From: Actinomycetota bacterium | Lineage (GTDB): Bacteria > Actinomycetota > CADDZG01 > WHSQ01 | Assembly: GCA_035942255.1 (NCBI GenBank) | Contig: DASZDG010000103.1 | Location: 15,540 to 79,539, forward strand | Reading direction: 5' to 3' | DNA: 64,000 nt | Part shown: positions 19,100-28,857 of the stretch, one piece after another | Numbering within the stretch: position 1 is the stretch's first letter | Layout of the letters: each line of letters begins with the position of its first letter | The notes under the pieces: generated by a model | What the model saw: the letters and a program-made list of their open reading frames with translations, nothing else | What the model was told of the DNA's origin: nothing | Database searches by the model: none | Position numbers and translations under genes: made by a program

Positions 19100-19721
19100 G
19101 CTCCGCCCCTTCCGAGACCGAGCGTGTCAGGACGATCTGGGATCGCCTCTCGTCCAGCTTCGACCGGCGCGTCGGCTTCTTCGAGCGCGTGCTGTTCGAA
19201 GGGGGCCGCGAGTGGGTCTGCTCGCGGGCGCGCGGCGACACGCTGGAGATCGCCGTCGGCACCGGGCGCAACCTCGCGTTCTACTCGCCCGACGTGAGGC
19301 TGACCGGAATCGAGCTCAGCCCCGCGATGCTCGACGTCGCGCGGGAACGCGCGGCGCGACTGCGGATGGAGCCCGACCTCCGCGTCGGCGACGCGCAGGC
19401 GCTCGAGTTCCCGGACGAGAGCTTCGACACCGTCACGTGCACGATCTCGCTGTGCAGCATCCCGGACGATCGTGCGGCGGTGCGCGAGGTACGGCGCGTG
19501 CTGCGCCCCGGCGGGCGCTTCGTGATGATGGAGCACGTCCGCAGCCCGGTGCTGCCGGTGTACGCGGTGCAGCGTGCGATCGAACGCTGACGGTCAGGTT
19601 CGAGGGCGACCACATGACCCGCGAGCCGCTCGACCACCTGGGGGCGGAGGGGTTCGAGATCGAGGCCGTCGAGCGCCTCAAGTGGGGGATCGTCGAGCGC
19701 ATCGCGGCCCGCAAGCCGTAG
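19096..19721 (+). pseudogene. class I SAM-dependent methyltransferase interrupted by a 1-nt frameshift near 19585
   Basis: Frame 1 reads LEIAVGTGRN...RPGGRFVMMEHVRSP...VQRAIER and stops at 19588-19590. The family-typical C-terminus LTVRFEGDHMTREPLDHLGAEGFEIEAVERLKWGIVERIAARKP continues in the next frame to 19721. Confidence 0.6.
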
Positions 19722-19736
19722 CTCCCGTTCTCTCTA

Positions 19737-19758
19737 GCGGGATCGCAAGCGATCCCGC
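19737..19758 (+). terminator. GC-rich hairpin after the methyltransferase
   Basis: GCGGGATCG caag CGATCCCGC, a 9-bp stem. Confidence 0.45.
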
Positions 19759-19870
19759 CCTATGCCTGAGCGGCTCTCCCCTCAGGTTCGTCGCCTTCGG
19801 CGACGGTGGACCCGGTAGAATCACACCCGGGTAACTACGCCGGGGTGATTCGCCGCAAATCCCGGCACCC

Positions 19871-19882
19871 GAACGTGTGTTC
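19871..19882 (+). promoter_or_regulatory. LexA (Cheo-type SOS) box upstream of recA
   Basis: cGAACGTGTGTTCg matches the GAAC-N4-GTTC palindrome used by Gram-positive/actinobacterial LexA. It lies about 83 nt upstream of the recA start. Confidence 0.8.
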
Positions 19883-19964
19883 GGCTATTTTTGTCGTACC
19901 CCATCTCTAGGTTCTGCCTCCGCAGGGCCCCGAGGCGGGCCCCACGGCATAAGGAGGCACTCGG

Positions 19965-21056
19965 GTGGCAGGAATCAGGGAATCGAGAGCGGCCGTCACC
20001 GACACCAGCCGCGACGTGAAGGGGCGTGACACCGCCCTCGACATGGCGCTCGCCCAGATCGAGAAGCAGCACGGCAAGGGCTCGATCATGCGGCTCGGCG
20101 ACGCCGGCCCGGGCACGGGCATCGAGGCGGTCCCGACGGGTTCGCTCGCGCTCGACCTCGCGCTCGGCATCGGCGGCCTGCCGCGCGGCCGGATCGTCGA
20201 GATCTACGGCCCCGAGGGCTCCGGCAAGACGACGGTCAGCTTGCACGTGATCGCCGAGGCGCAGAAGTCCGGGGGCCTCGTCGCGTTCATCGACGCGGAG
20301 CACGCTCTCGACCCGACGTACGCGAAGGCGCTCGGCGTCGACATCGACAACCTGCTCTGCTCCCAGCCCGACACCGGCGAGCAGGCTCTCGAGATCGCCG
20401 ACACGCTCGTGCGATCGGGCGCGATGGACGTCATCGTCGTCGACTCGGTCGCCGCGCTCGTGCCGCGCGCCGAGATCGAAGGCGAGATGGGCGACAGCCA
20501 CGTCGGCCTCCAGGCGCGGCTGATGTCGCAGGCGCTCCGCAAGCTCGCGGGAAGCGTCAACCGATCGAAGACGATCCTGATCTTCATCAACCAGATCAGG
20601 GAGAAGATCGGCGTGATGTTCGGCTCCAACGAGACCACTCCCGGGGGCCGCGCGCTGAAGTTCTACTCGTCGGTGCGGATGGACGTACGCCGGATCGACT
20701 CGCTGAAGGACGGCGCGGAGGTCGTCGGCTCGAGGGTGCGCGTGAAGGTCGTCAAGAACAAGGTGAGCGCGCCGTTCAAGAAGGCCGAGTTCGACATCCA
20801 GTACGGGTTCGGGATCTCGAAGGAGGGCAGCCTCCTCGACGTGGCGATCGACCACGGCATCGTGCGGAAGTCCGGGGCCTGGTTCATCTACGGCGACGAC
20901 CAGCTGGGTCAGGGACGCGAGAACGCCAAGTCGTTCCTCGCCGGGAACCCCGACATCGCGACCGAGATCGAGCTCAAGATCAAGGACAAGCTGGGGCTGC
21001 TCGGCACCGACGGCGACGAGGACGAGCCGATCACCGTTCCCGAGGTCGCTACCTAG
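19965..21056 (+). CDS. recA: recombinase RecA
   Basis: [30 protein letters not shown]... throughout. AAGGAGG lies upstream of the GTG start. Confidence 0.97.
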   Translation: MAGIRESRAAVTDTSRDVKGRDTALDMALAQIEKQHGKGSIMRLGDAGPGTGIEAVPTGSLALDLALGIGGLPRGRIVEIYGPEGSGKTTVSLHVIAEAQKSGGLVAFIDAEHALDPTYAKALGVDIDNLLCSQPDTGEQALEIADTLVRSGAMDVIVVDSVAALVPRAEIEGEMGDSHVGLQARLMSQALRKLAGSVNRSKTILIFINQIREKIGVMFGSNETTPGGRALKFYSSVRMDVRRIDSLKDGAEVVGSRVRVKVVKNKVSAPFKKAEFDIQYGFGISKEGSLLDVAIDHGIVRKSGAWFIYGDDQLGQGRENAKSFLAGNPDIATEIELKIKDKLGLLGTDGDEDEPITVPEVAT

Positions 21057-21059
21057 CCG

Positions 21060-21605
21060 ATGGGCTCGCTACAGGAGGCTCTGCCGGGGATCGGCGCGGG
21101 CGCAGCGCCCGATGCCGCCCCGGCTGGCCTCCTGGACGGCGCCCGGCGCGAGGCGATGGCGCGGGCCGGGCGCCTGCTCGCCGCCCGGGCCCACACCGAG
21201 AAGGAGTTGAGCGACCGGCTGGCGGAGGCAGGTTTCGAGCCCGCGGTTGTCGGCGCCGCGCTGGACCGGCTGAGGGCGCTGGGGCTCGTCGACGACCACG
21301 ACTTCGCGGTCCAGTGGGTGCAGGCCCGGTCGGCGCGCAAGAAGCTGTCGCGCCGCGCTCTGATCCACGAGCTGCGCGGCAAGGGGGTGCCGGCCGACGT
21401 CGCCGAGGCGGCGCTCGCAGAGGGGGCCGTGGACGAGGAGGCCCAGGCCGTCGAGCTCGCCGCCCGCTACGTCCGGCGTGTCGCGGCGAAGCCGCTACCC
21501 GAGCAGCTCACGAGGATCCAGCAGATGCTCGTCCGCCGCGGCTATGCGTACGACGTAGCGGGGGCCGCGGCCCGCAAGGTCCTCCCGCCCGAGGGCTGGG
21601 ACTGA
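21060..21605 (+). CDS. recX: recombination regulator RecX
   Basis: Immediately follows recA. Three-helix repeat protein (...LSRRALIHELRGKGV...). Confidence 0.85.
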   Translation: MGSLQEALPGIGAGAAPDAAPAGLLDGARREAMARAGRLLAARAHTEKELSDRLAEAGFEPAVVGAALDRLRALGLVDDHDFAVQWVQARSARKKLSRRALIHELRGKGVPADVAEAALAEGAVDEEAQAVELAARYVRRVAAKPLPEQLTRIQQMLVRRGYAYDVAGAAARKVLPPEGWD

Positions 21606-22012
21606 CCTCCGTAGGCCGGGGCGGGCGATCGAGCCGCGGCGAGCAACTTCGTCCCTCTGCCCCCGCTCAGCGGGTTGGCGGGACAGATATCGGGTCACGC
21701 GCCGCCCGATGAGGCCTCGTCGACCTCCCAGAACATGGGTGAGTGACACCAACCGGCGGCCCGGCGTACCATAGGGGTGAACTATTCACAAAGCACACCC
21801 ATAGGTACGAACGAACCCACGAGAGTTCCCTAACCATTCATGACGACTACCGAACGAGAGACCAGACGCAGCGGCAGGGGCGGGGCCATGGCTCCTCCCG
21901 GTCGAATGCATTCTCGTATCCAATAGCCGCCTGAGGCTTTCGTAGTTCGCTCGTGCCGGGTGCCGCCCGGCTCTTCGCCGTGCCGGCGCCCTGGACGCGA
22001 AAGGAGCGAGGC

Positions 22013-23545
22013 ATGGAGATCGTGATCGGTCTCTTCCTCGGCCTGCTTATCGGAGCCGGCGCTGGCTACGCATACCGCCAGTCGGTCGCGCAGAAGGAAG
22101 TCACCTCCGCCGAGGCGCGGGCCCGCACGGTTCTTGCGGACGCCGAGCGCGAGGCCGAGGCGGCAAAGCGTGAAGCTCTAGTAGAGGCCAAGGATGAGAT
22201 CTTCCGCATGCGCACCGACGCCGAGCAAGAGGTCAAACGGCGGACGGCGGAGGTCGACCGCAAGGAAGACCGGCTCGCCCAGCGGGAGTCGAACCTGGAC
22301 TCCCGGAGCGAGTCGCTCGACCGCAAGGAGCGGGCGATCGAGGCGAAGGAGAGCGAGCTGAAGGCGGCCCAGCAGGAGCTGGACCGCATCGCCGACCGGG
22401 CCCGGGTCGAGCTCGAGCGGGTCGCCGGGATGACGCAGGGCGACGCGAAGCAGGCCCTCATCGAGCAGATCGAGGAGGAGGCCAAGCGCGAGGCGATGGT
22501 GATCGTCCGCGACGTCGAGGCGAAGGCCCGGGAAGAGGCCGACAAGCGCGCTCGCAAGATCATCGCGATCTCGATGCAGCGGGTGGCGTCGGACCTCACG
22601 ACGGAATCGACCGTCACGACCGTCACGCTCCCCAACGAGGACATGAAGGGCCGGATCATCGGCCGGGAGGGCCGCAACATCCGCGCGTTCGAGGCGGCGA
22701 CCGGGACGAACCTGATCATCGACGACACGCCCGAGGCCGTCGTGCTCTCGTGCTTCGACCCGATCCGCCGGGAGATGGCGCGGCTCACGCTCGAGAAGCT
22801 CATCAGCGACGGACGCATCCAGCCGGCCCGCATCGAGGACATCCACGAGAAGTCCCGCGCCGAGGTCGAGCGCGAGATCCGCGAGGGCGGCGAGTGGGCA
22901 GTGCTCGAGACCGGCATCACCGACATGCACCCCGAGCTCGTGCGCGTCGTCGGACGGCTGAAGTTCCGGACCTCCTACGGGCAGAACGTGCTGAAGCACT
23001 CGGTCGAGGCGTCGCATATCGCCGGGATGATCGCGGCAGAGCTCGGCACCGACATCGCGCTGGCGAAGCGGTGCACGCTCCTCCACGACATCGGCAAGGC
23101 CGTCACCCACGAGGTCGAGGGCTCGCACGCCATCATCGGCGCAGAGATCGCACGCCGGCTCAAGGAGCCGCCTGCCGTATGCCACGCGATCGAGGCACAC
23201 CACGGCGAGGTCGAGCAGCGCACGATCGAGGCCGTGATCACGCAGACCGCAGACGCCATCTCGGGCGCGCGCCCGGGGGCCCGGCGAGAGACGCTCGAGA
23301 CCTACGTGAAGCGGCTCGAGCGGCTCGAGTCGATAGCGATGGAGTTCTCCGGCGTCGACAAGGTCTACGCGATGCAGGCGGGCCGGGAGGTGCGCGTCAT
23401 GGTGAAGCCGAACGACGTCGACGACCTGCAGGCCGAGGTCGTCGCGCGCGACATCGCCAAGAAGATCGAGGAGGAGCTCCAGTACCCGGGGCAGATCCGC
23501 ATCACGGTGATCCGGGAGACACGTTCGTCCGCGTACGCGAAGTAG
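22013..23545 (+). CDS. rny: ribonuclease Y
   Basis: N-terminal TM (MEIVIGLFLGLLIGAGAG), a coiled coil, a KH domain and an HD domain (LLHDIGKA). AAGGAG at 22001-22006 supports ATG 22013 over ORF start 21953. Confidence 0.9.
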   Translation: MEIVIGLFLGLLIGAGAGYAYRQSVAQKEVTSAEARARTVLADAEREAEAAKREALVEAKDEIFRMRTDAEQEVKRRTAEVDRKEDRLAQRESNLDSRSESLDRKERAIEAKESELKAAQQELDRIADRARVELERVAGMTQGDAKQALIEQIEEEAKREAMVIVRDVEAKAREEADKRARKIIAISMQRVASDLTTESTVTTVTLPNEDMKGRIIGREGRNIRAFEAATGTNLIIDDTPEAVVLSCFDPIRREMARLTLEKLISDGRIQPARIEDIHEKSRAEVEREIREGGEWAVLETGITDMHPELVRVVGRLKFRTSYGQNVLKHSVEASHIAGMIAAELGTDIALAKRCTLLHDIGKAVTHEVEGSHAIIGAEIARRLKEPPAVCHAIEAHHGEVEQRTIEAVITQTADAISGARPGARRETLETYVKRLERLESIAMEFSGVDKVYAMQAGREVRVMVKPNDVDDLQAEVVARDIAKKIEEELQYPGQIRITVIRETRSSAYAK

Positions 23546-23549
23546 GCAG

Positions 23550-23582
23550 GTAGCGGGGCGCCCCGAAAGGGGCGCCTGCTAC
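23550..23582 (+). terminator. hairpin between rny and miaB
   Basis: GTAGCggGGCGCCCC gaaa GGGGCGCCtGCTAC, directly after the rny stop. Confidence 0.5.
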
Positions 23583-23593
23583 GCTCGTTCGAC

Positions 23594-24994
23594 ATGAGCC
23601 AGGCCCCCAGCACCTACTACATCCGGACGTTCGGGTGCCAGATGAACGAGCACGACTCCGAGCGGATGGCGGGCCTCCTCGAGGCCGAGGGCTACCGCGC
23701 GGTCGACGGGCCGGAGGAGGCCGGTGTCGTCGTGTTCAACACGTGCTGCATCCGGGAGAACGCCGACACGCGCCTGTACGGGAACCTCGGCCACATGAAG
23801 GCGCTGAAGGACCGCCGACCGGGGCTCCGGATCGTCGTCGGCGGGTGCCTCGCCCAGAAGGACCGCAAGACGATCCAGGAGCGCGCGCCGTATGTCGACG
23901 TCGTGCTGGGCACGCACAACCTCGCTAGCCTGCCGAGGCTGCTGGCGGAGTCGGCCGAGGCCCCCGCGTTCGAGATCCTCGAGCAGACCGAGACGTTCCC
24001 GTCCGCGCTCCCGGCGCGGCGGCTGTCGCCGTGGCACGCGTGGGTGTCGATCTCGATCGGCTGCAACAACTCCTGCACGTTCTGCATCGTGCCCGCGGTG
24101 CGGGGGGCCGAGATCTCGCGCCGCATGGGCGACATCGTCGCCGAGGTCGAGGGCCTCGTCGCGGACGGCGTCGTCGAGGTCACGCTGCTCGGGCAGAACG
24201 TCAACTCGTACGGGCGCGACCTCGACGGGACGCCGCTGTTCTCCAAGCTCCTGTACGCGCTCGACGACATCGACGGGCTGCAGCGCGTGCGGTTCACGAG
24301 CCCGCACCCGAAGGACTTCCGCGCCGACACCGTCGAGGCGATGGCGGAGTGCAGGACGGTGTGCGAGCACATCCACCTCCCGCTCCAGTCCGGCTCCGAC
24401 CGCGTGCTGAAGTCGATGAAGCGCGCGTACACGCGCCGCCGCTATCTCGAGAAGGTCGAGATGGTGCGCGCCGCGATCCCCGGCGTCGCGATCACGACCG
24501 ACATCATCGTCGGCTTCCCCGGCGAGACCGAAGCCGACTTCCGCGAGACGCTCGAGGTCGTCCAGGCGTCGCAGTACGACAGCGCGTTCACGTTCCAGTA
24601 CTCGCCGCGCCCGATGACCGAGGCCGCCGGGTTCCCGGACCAGCTCCCCAAAGAGGTGGTGCAGGAGCGCTACGACCGGCTCGTCGAGCTCCAGGACCGC
24701 ATCTCGTTCGAGCGGAACCGCGCCCAGGTCGGGAAAGTGGAGGAGGTCCTGGTCGAAGGTCCCTCCAAGAAGGACCCGGACAAGCTCACCGGCCGAACGC
24801 GCACGAACAAGCTGGTCCACTTCCCGTCGGACGGAGCGGACGAGGGCACCTTCCGGACGGTCCGCATAGCGGCCGCGCACCCGCACTTCCTGGGAGGCGA
24901 CCTCGTCGGCGACGCGGGGGCCGCGCCGCGGCGCAAGGCCGGGCTCGCGCTGCCGCTCCTGTCGTCGCCGCAAGGATGCGCTAGCTGCAACTAG
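23594..24994 (+). CDS. miaB: tRNA-2-methylthio-N6-dimethylallyladenosine synthase
   Basis: MTTase N-terminal domain (FGCQMNEHDSE, NTCCIRE), radical-SAM CNNSCTFC and a TRAM domain. Confidence 0.9.
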   Translation: MSQAPSTYYIRTFGCQMNEHDSERMAGLLEAEGYRAVDGPEEAGVVVFNTCCIRENADTRLYGNLGHMKALKDRRPGLRIVVGGCLAQKDRKTIQERAPYVDVVLGTHNLASLPRLLAESAEAPAFEILEQTETFPSALPARRLSPWHAWVSISIGCNNSCTFCIVPAVRGAEISRRMGDIVAEVEGLVADGVVEVTLLGQNVNSYGRDLDGTPLFSKLLYALDDIDGLQRVRFTSPHPKDFRADTVEAMAECRTVCEHIHLPLQSGSDRVLKSMKRAYTRRRYLEKVEMVRAAIPGVAITTDIIVGFPGETEADFRETLEVVQASQYDSAFTFQYSPRPMTEAAGFPDQLPKEVVQERYDRLVELQDRISFERNRAQVGKVEEVLVEGPSKKDPDKLTGRTRTNKLVHFPSDGADEGTFRTVRIAAAHPHFLGGDLVGDAGAAPRRKAGLALPLLSSPQGCASCN

Positions 24995-25023
24995 CCGCCG
25001 GCGCCGTCGTCCCTCACGCGCCG

Positions 25024-25692
25024 TTGCTGCTGCCGGAGGTCGCGGGGCGAGACGTCGCTCCGGCCGTGACGTCTGCCGCGCGCGAGCTACGCCTGGGTGA
25101 GGCGGACGCGGTCGTTCTCGCCTCGCCGCACGGCGCCTCCACCGGGGTCTACGCGAAGCCTGCCGGGAGCCTGGACGCGTTCGGCCCCCGCGGCATCGCC
25201 GCCGCCGCTCCTACGGACGAGGAGCTCCTCCGTACCCTGGCGGACGCGTGGGGGCCCCCGGTCCTCGACGCGCCCGCCGACCACGGGATCGTGGTGCCGC
25301 TGCGCCTGCTCGGCGGCGTGACGGCCCCGGTGATCGCGGTGACGTTCGCCGAGGCGACGGACGGGCTCGTGGAAGGTGCCGCGCTCGCGGCCGCGCTCGC
25401 TGACCTCGACGCGACGGTCGCGTTCGTCGCGAGCGCGCACACGTCCGCCGGGCTGACCGAACACGCGCCACTCCCTTCGCTCCCCGGCGCCGTCGCGGCG
25501 GAGCGCGCCGCCCTCGACGCGCTCATGACCGATCCGCGCCTTCTGCCCGATCGTCTCCCCGCGCTGGCGGCGGCCGGCTCCTGCGCGTCCGGCCCCCTCG
25601 CGGCCCTCGCCTTCGTCCTCGGTGAGCGCCCCTGCGAGCTCCGCGCATACGAGCACCCGTTCGGCGTGGGCTACGCGGTCGCCGTGTCGTGA
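25024..25692 (+). CDS. class III extradiol dioxygenase subunit B-like (LigB/Memo-like) protein
   Basis: DHGIVVPLRLL motif and Ala/Leu-rich composition. It sits between miaB and miaA. The conserved-looking N-terminus (AVVPHAPLLLPE) begins upstream of the first canonical start, so a CTG at 24985 is possible. Confidence 0.5.
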   Translation: MLLPEVAGRDVAPAVTSAARELRLGEADAVVLASPHGASTGVYAKPAGSLDAFGPRGIAAAAPTDEELLRTLADAWGPPVLDAPADHGIVVPLRLLGGVTAPVIAVTFAEATDGLVEGAALAAALADLDATVAFVASAHTSAGLTEHAPLPSLPGAVAAERAALDALMTDPRLLPDRLPALAAAGSCASGPLAALAFVLGERPCELRAYEHPFGVGYAVAVS

Positions 25693-26594
25693 CGAAGGTC
25701 GCGGCCATCGTCGGGCCGACCGCGGTCGGCAAGACCGCGATCTCGCTCGAGGTCGCCGAGGCCCTCGGCGCCGAGATCGTCTCGGTGGACAGCATGCAGA
25801 TCTACCGCGGCATGGACGTAGGCACGGCGAAGCCGTCGCGACCCGCCATGGAGCGCGTGCACCACCACCTGATCGATCTCCGCGACCCGGGCCACGAGCT
25901 GACCGTGGCCGAGTTCCAGGAGCTCGGGCGCGCGGCCATCGACGACGTAGCGGGCCGCGGCGCGCTCCCGCTGCTCGTAGGAGGCAGCGGGCTCTACTTC
26001 CGCGCGCTGGTCGACGACCTCGAGTTCCCCCCGCGCTCCGAGCCCGTGCGGCGCGGGCTCGAGGCCGAGGCTGAGGAGCTGGGGGCCGCGGCGCTGTACG
26101 ACCGCCTGCGGGATGCCGACCCGGTCGCCGCGGCGCGCATCGAGCCGGGCAACGTCCGGCGGATCGTGCGCGCGCTCGAGGTCATCGAGCTCACCGGCGC
26201 GCGCTTCTCCGACAACGTCACGTGGGAGCGGTACGAGAGCAGGTACGAGCTCGCGGTGGCGGGGCTCGAGCGCGACCGGACCGATCTCCAACAACGTATC
26301 GATGCGCGCGTCGCCGCGATGCTCGCGGAAGGGCTCCTCGAAGAGGCCGAGCGCCTGCGCGCTGCGCGGCCCGGCAGGACGGCCGCGCAGGCCCTCGGCT
26401 ACCGGCAGCTCCTCGAAGGTGAGGCCGACCCGCAGACCGCGATCGCGATCGCGACCGCGACGCGGCGGTTCGCGCGCCGCCAGCTGGCGTGGTTCAAGGC
26501 CGATCCGCGCGTGCGCTGGTTCGACGCCGCTGCCCCCGACCTCGGCCCGCGTCTCGTCGCGTTCTTTCGCAGCGCACTGGCCTTACCCTTGTGA
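25689..26594 (+). CDS. miaA: tRNA dimethylallyltransferase
   Basis: P-loop [12 protein letters not shown] and [22 protein letters not shown] overlap with the upstream gene. Confidence 0.9.
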   Translation: MTKVAAIVGPTAVGKTAISLEVAEALGAEIVSVDSMQIYRGMDVGTAKPSRPAMERVHHHLIDLRDPGHELTVAEFQELGRAAIDDVAGRGALPLLVGGSGLYFRALVDDLEFPPRSEPVRRGLEAEAEELGAAALYDRLRDADPVAAARIEPGNVRRIVRALEVIELTGARFSDNVTWERYESRYELAVAGLERDRTDLQQRIDARVAAMLAEGLLEEAERLRAARPGRTAAQALGYRQLLEGEADPQTAIAIATATRRFARRQLAWFKADPRVRWFDAAAPDLGPRLVAFFRSALALPL

Positions 26595-26619
26595 CCATGC
26601 GATCCCGGAAGGTGGCCAC

Positions 26620-27915
26620 CTGACCCACTCGACCAGGCCCGAGCGCGAGAAGGCGATCCTCGTCGGGGCGGTCTTCGGCGAGGGCTCGGCCGAGGAGGCC
26701 GAGTGGTCGCTCGAGGAGCTCGAAGCGCTCGCAGACACCGCCGGAGCGGACTCGCTCGACCGCATCGTCCAGCGCCGCGACCACCCCCACCCCGCCACCT
26801 ACCTGGGCCGCGGCAAGGTCCAGGAGGTCGTCGAGACCGCCACCGCGCTCGACGCCGACATGCTGATCTTCGACGACGAGCTGACGCCCGCGCAGGGCCG
26901 CAACCTGGAGGAGATCGCCGGCGTGAACCCGCTCGCGGAGCGGGGGCTCAAGATCATCGACCGGACGGGGTTGATCCTCGACATCTTCGCCCAGCACGCG
27001 CGCAGCGCCGAGGGCAAGCTCCAGGTCGAGCTCGCGCAGCTCAACTACCGGCTCCCGCGGCTGCGAGGCTGGGGCGACGTCCTCTCGCGCCTCGGCGGCG
27101 GGATCGGGACGAGGGGGCCGGGCGAGACCGCGCTCGAGGCCGAGCGCCGCGCGATCCTGCGGCGGATCCAGCGCGTGAAGAAGGACCTCGAGGACCTCGA
27201 GCGCACGCGCCTCGTCAAACGCAAGCAGCGCACGCGCACGGGGATCTCGGTGGTCGCTCTCGTCGGGTACACCAATGCTGGGAAGTCGACCCTGCTCCGG
27301 CGGCTTACGTCTGCCGACGTGCTAGTGCAGAACCAGCTGTTCTCGACGCTCGACCCGACGACGCGCCGCCTCGCTTTGCCGGGGGAGCGCGAGGCGCTCC
27401 TCACCGACACGGTCGGATTCGTGCGCAAGCTCCCGCACCAGCTCGTCGAGGCGTTCCGCTCCACGCTCGAGGAGGTCCGCGACGCCAGCATGCTGCTCCA
27501 CGTCGTCGACGCGAGCCGCGACCCGGAGCGCCAGATAGCCGCGGTCGACACGGTGCTGCGCGAGATCGACGCGGCGGGGAAGCCGACGGTGCTCGCGCTC
27601 AACAAGAGCGACCTGCTGACCGAGCCCGAGCGCGACAAGCTGCGCGGCAGGTTCCCCGACGCGGTGCTGTGCTCGGCCGCGCGCGACGAGGGGATGGAGG
27701 AGCTCGTCGCGAAGGTGGGGGCCGAGCTCGCCCGGCTGAAGGTCGAGGTCGTCCTCGACGTGCCGTTCGAGCGCGGCGACGTCGTCGCGCGCGTCCACGC
27801 CGAGGGCGACGTCCTCGAGGAGTCCCATTCGGCCGCGGGCACGCATCTCGTAGCGCGCGTGAACCGCGGCGCGCTCGGCGACCTCGCGCCGTACCTCGCG
27901 TTTACGACCGAGTGA
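26620..27915 (+). CDS. hflX: GTPase HflX (start codon uncertain, no canonical start available)
   Basis: HflX N-domain (PAQGRNLEE..., [40 protein letters not shown]) and G domain ([18 protein letters not shown]). The first in-frame ATG/GTG/TTG lies well inside the conserved N-domain. CTG 26620 follows GGAAGGTGG. Confidence 0.8.
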   Translation: MTHSTRPEREKAILVGAVFGEGSAEEAEWSLEELEALADTAGADSLDRIVQRRDHPHPATYLGRGKVQEVVETATALDADMLIFDDELTPAQGRNLEEIAGVNPLAERGLKIIDRTGLILDIFAQHARSAEGKLQVELAQLNYRLPRLRGWGDVLSRLGGGIGTRGPGETALEAERRAILRRIQRVKKDLEDLERTRLVKRKQRTRTGISVVALVGYTNAGKSTLLRRLTSADVLVQNQLFSTLDPTTRRLALPGEREALLTDTVGFVRKLPHQLVEAFRSTLEEVRDASMLLHVVDASRDPERQIAAVDTVLREIDAAGKPTVLALNKSDLLTEPERDKLRGRFPDAVLCSAARDEGMEELVAKVGAELARLKVEVVLDVPFERGDVVARVHAEGDVLEESHSAAGTHLVARVNRGALGDLAPYLAFTTE

Positions 27916-28484
27916 GCCCGAAGGGGAGCCTCGCGGGGGTCTGCTCGGTCCTTCCGGAGGAGGCGTCCGCGCGTATCGAGGGCCTGTGGGCGGAGCTGGA
28001 GAGCGAGGTCGGGTTGAAGGCGGCGACGATCTCGCCCCTCCCGCACTTCAGCTACCAGGTCGCCCGCGACTACGACCTCGACGTCCTCTCCGAGGTGGTG
28101 GAGAAGGTGGCGCGGGGAGCGCGGGCGCTGCGCGTGCAGACGGCGGGGCTCGGCGTGTTCACCGGCGCGGCCCCCGTCCTGCACGTCCCGATCGTGCGGA
28201 GCCCCGAGCTCGCTCGGTTCCACGTCGCGGTCTGGAGCGCCGCCGCGATGGCGGCGGAGAAGATCGACCGGCACTACCACCCGGCGTCGTGGATCCCCCA
28301 CGTCACGCTCGCGTCCGGAGACACCACGCCGGAGAAGGCCGCGGCGGCAGCGGCGCTGCTGGCGGACCGCGACCTGGCGTGGGACCTCGAGGTGGACAAC
28401 CTGGCGATCATCAAGGGGGCCGGCAACAAGCCGCAGGAGCTCGTCGCGCGCTTCCCGCTCGAGGGCGTCGCCCGCAACTTCTAG
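27912..28484 (+). CDS. 2H phosphoesterase superfamily protein (2'-5' RNA ligase-like)
   Basis: Two H-x-S/T motifs ([14 protein letters not shown]). GTGA overlap with hflX. Confidence 0.55.
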   Translation: MSPKGSLAGVCSVLPEEASARIEGLWAELESEVGLKAATISPLPHFSYQVARDYDLDVLSEVVEKVARGARALRVQTAGLGVFTGAAPVLHVPIVRSPELARFHVAVWSAAAMAAEKIDRHYHPASWIPHVTLASGDTTPEKAAAAAALLADRDLAWDLEVDNLAIIKGAGNKPQELVARFPLEGVARNF

Positions 28485-28486
28485 AT

Positions 28487-28505
28487 GTTCTAGCTATACT
28501 AGAAC
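28487..28505 (+). promoter_or_regulatory. perfect inverted repeat / probable GntR operator overlapping a -10 element
   Basis: GTTCTAG-ctata-CTAGAAC, with a third TTCTAG half-site at 28479-28484. TATACT at 28495-28500 ends 6 nt before the ATG at 28507. Confidence 0.6.
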
Positions 28506-28506
28506 A

Positions 28507-28854
28507 ATGCTAATAAGGGTCGACCATGCGGGCGCGGCCCCCCTGTACGCGCAGATTGCGGCCGAGCTCCGGTCCGCGATCGCCCGGGGCGACGTCTCGG
28601 AAGGCGAGCGGCTCCCCGCGGCGCGCACGCTCGCCGGCTCACTCGGCGTGAACATGCACACGGTCCTGCGGGCGTACGCGCAGCTGAAGGACGAGGGGCT
28701 CCTGCAGCTGCGGCAGGGAACGGGCGCAGTCGTCCGCGCGGGCGGCAGGAAGGACGCGGGGCGGCTCGAGAAGATGGCCGAGCGCCTCGTGTCGTACGCG
28801 CGGGCGCAGGGGCTGTCGCGGGACGACCTGCTCGCGCTCATCCAGCGGATGTAG
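28507..28854 (+). CDS. GntR family transcriptional regulator (short YtrA-like type)
   Basis: PLYAQIAAELRSAIARGDVSEGERLPAARTLAGSLGVNMHTVLRAYAQLKDEGLL winged-helix. 115 aa with no effector domain. Confidence 0.8.
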   Translation: MLIRVDHAGAAPLYAQIAAELRSAIARGDVSEGERLPAARTLAGSLGVNMHTVLRAYAQLKDEGLLQLRQGTGAVVRAGGRKDAGRLEKMAERLVSYARAQGLSRDDLLALIQRM

Positions 28855-28857
28855 GAC

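Noticed and set aside
21743-21934. 63-aa ORF in the rny upstream spacer.
   Set aside because: It has a low third-position GC bias compared with real genes here, no SD and no recognisable motif. The region is treated as non-coding.
26113-26619. Upstream in-frame extension of hflX, the ORF-track start at 26113.
   Set aside because: It would overlap almost 500 nt of miaA in another frame, and the translation there is Arg/Ser/Pro-rich with no recognisable domain.
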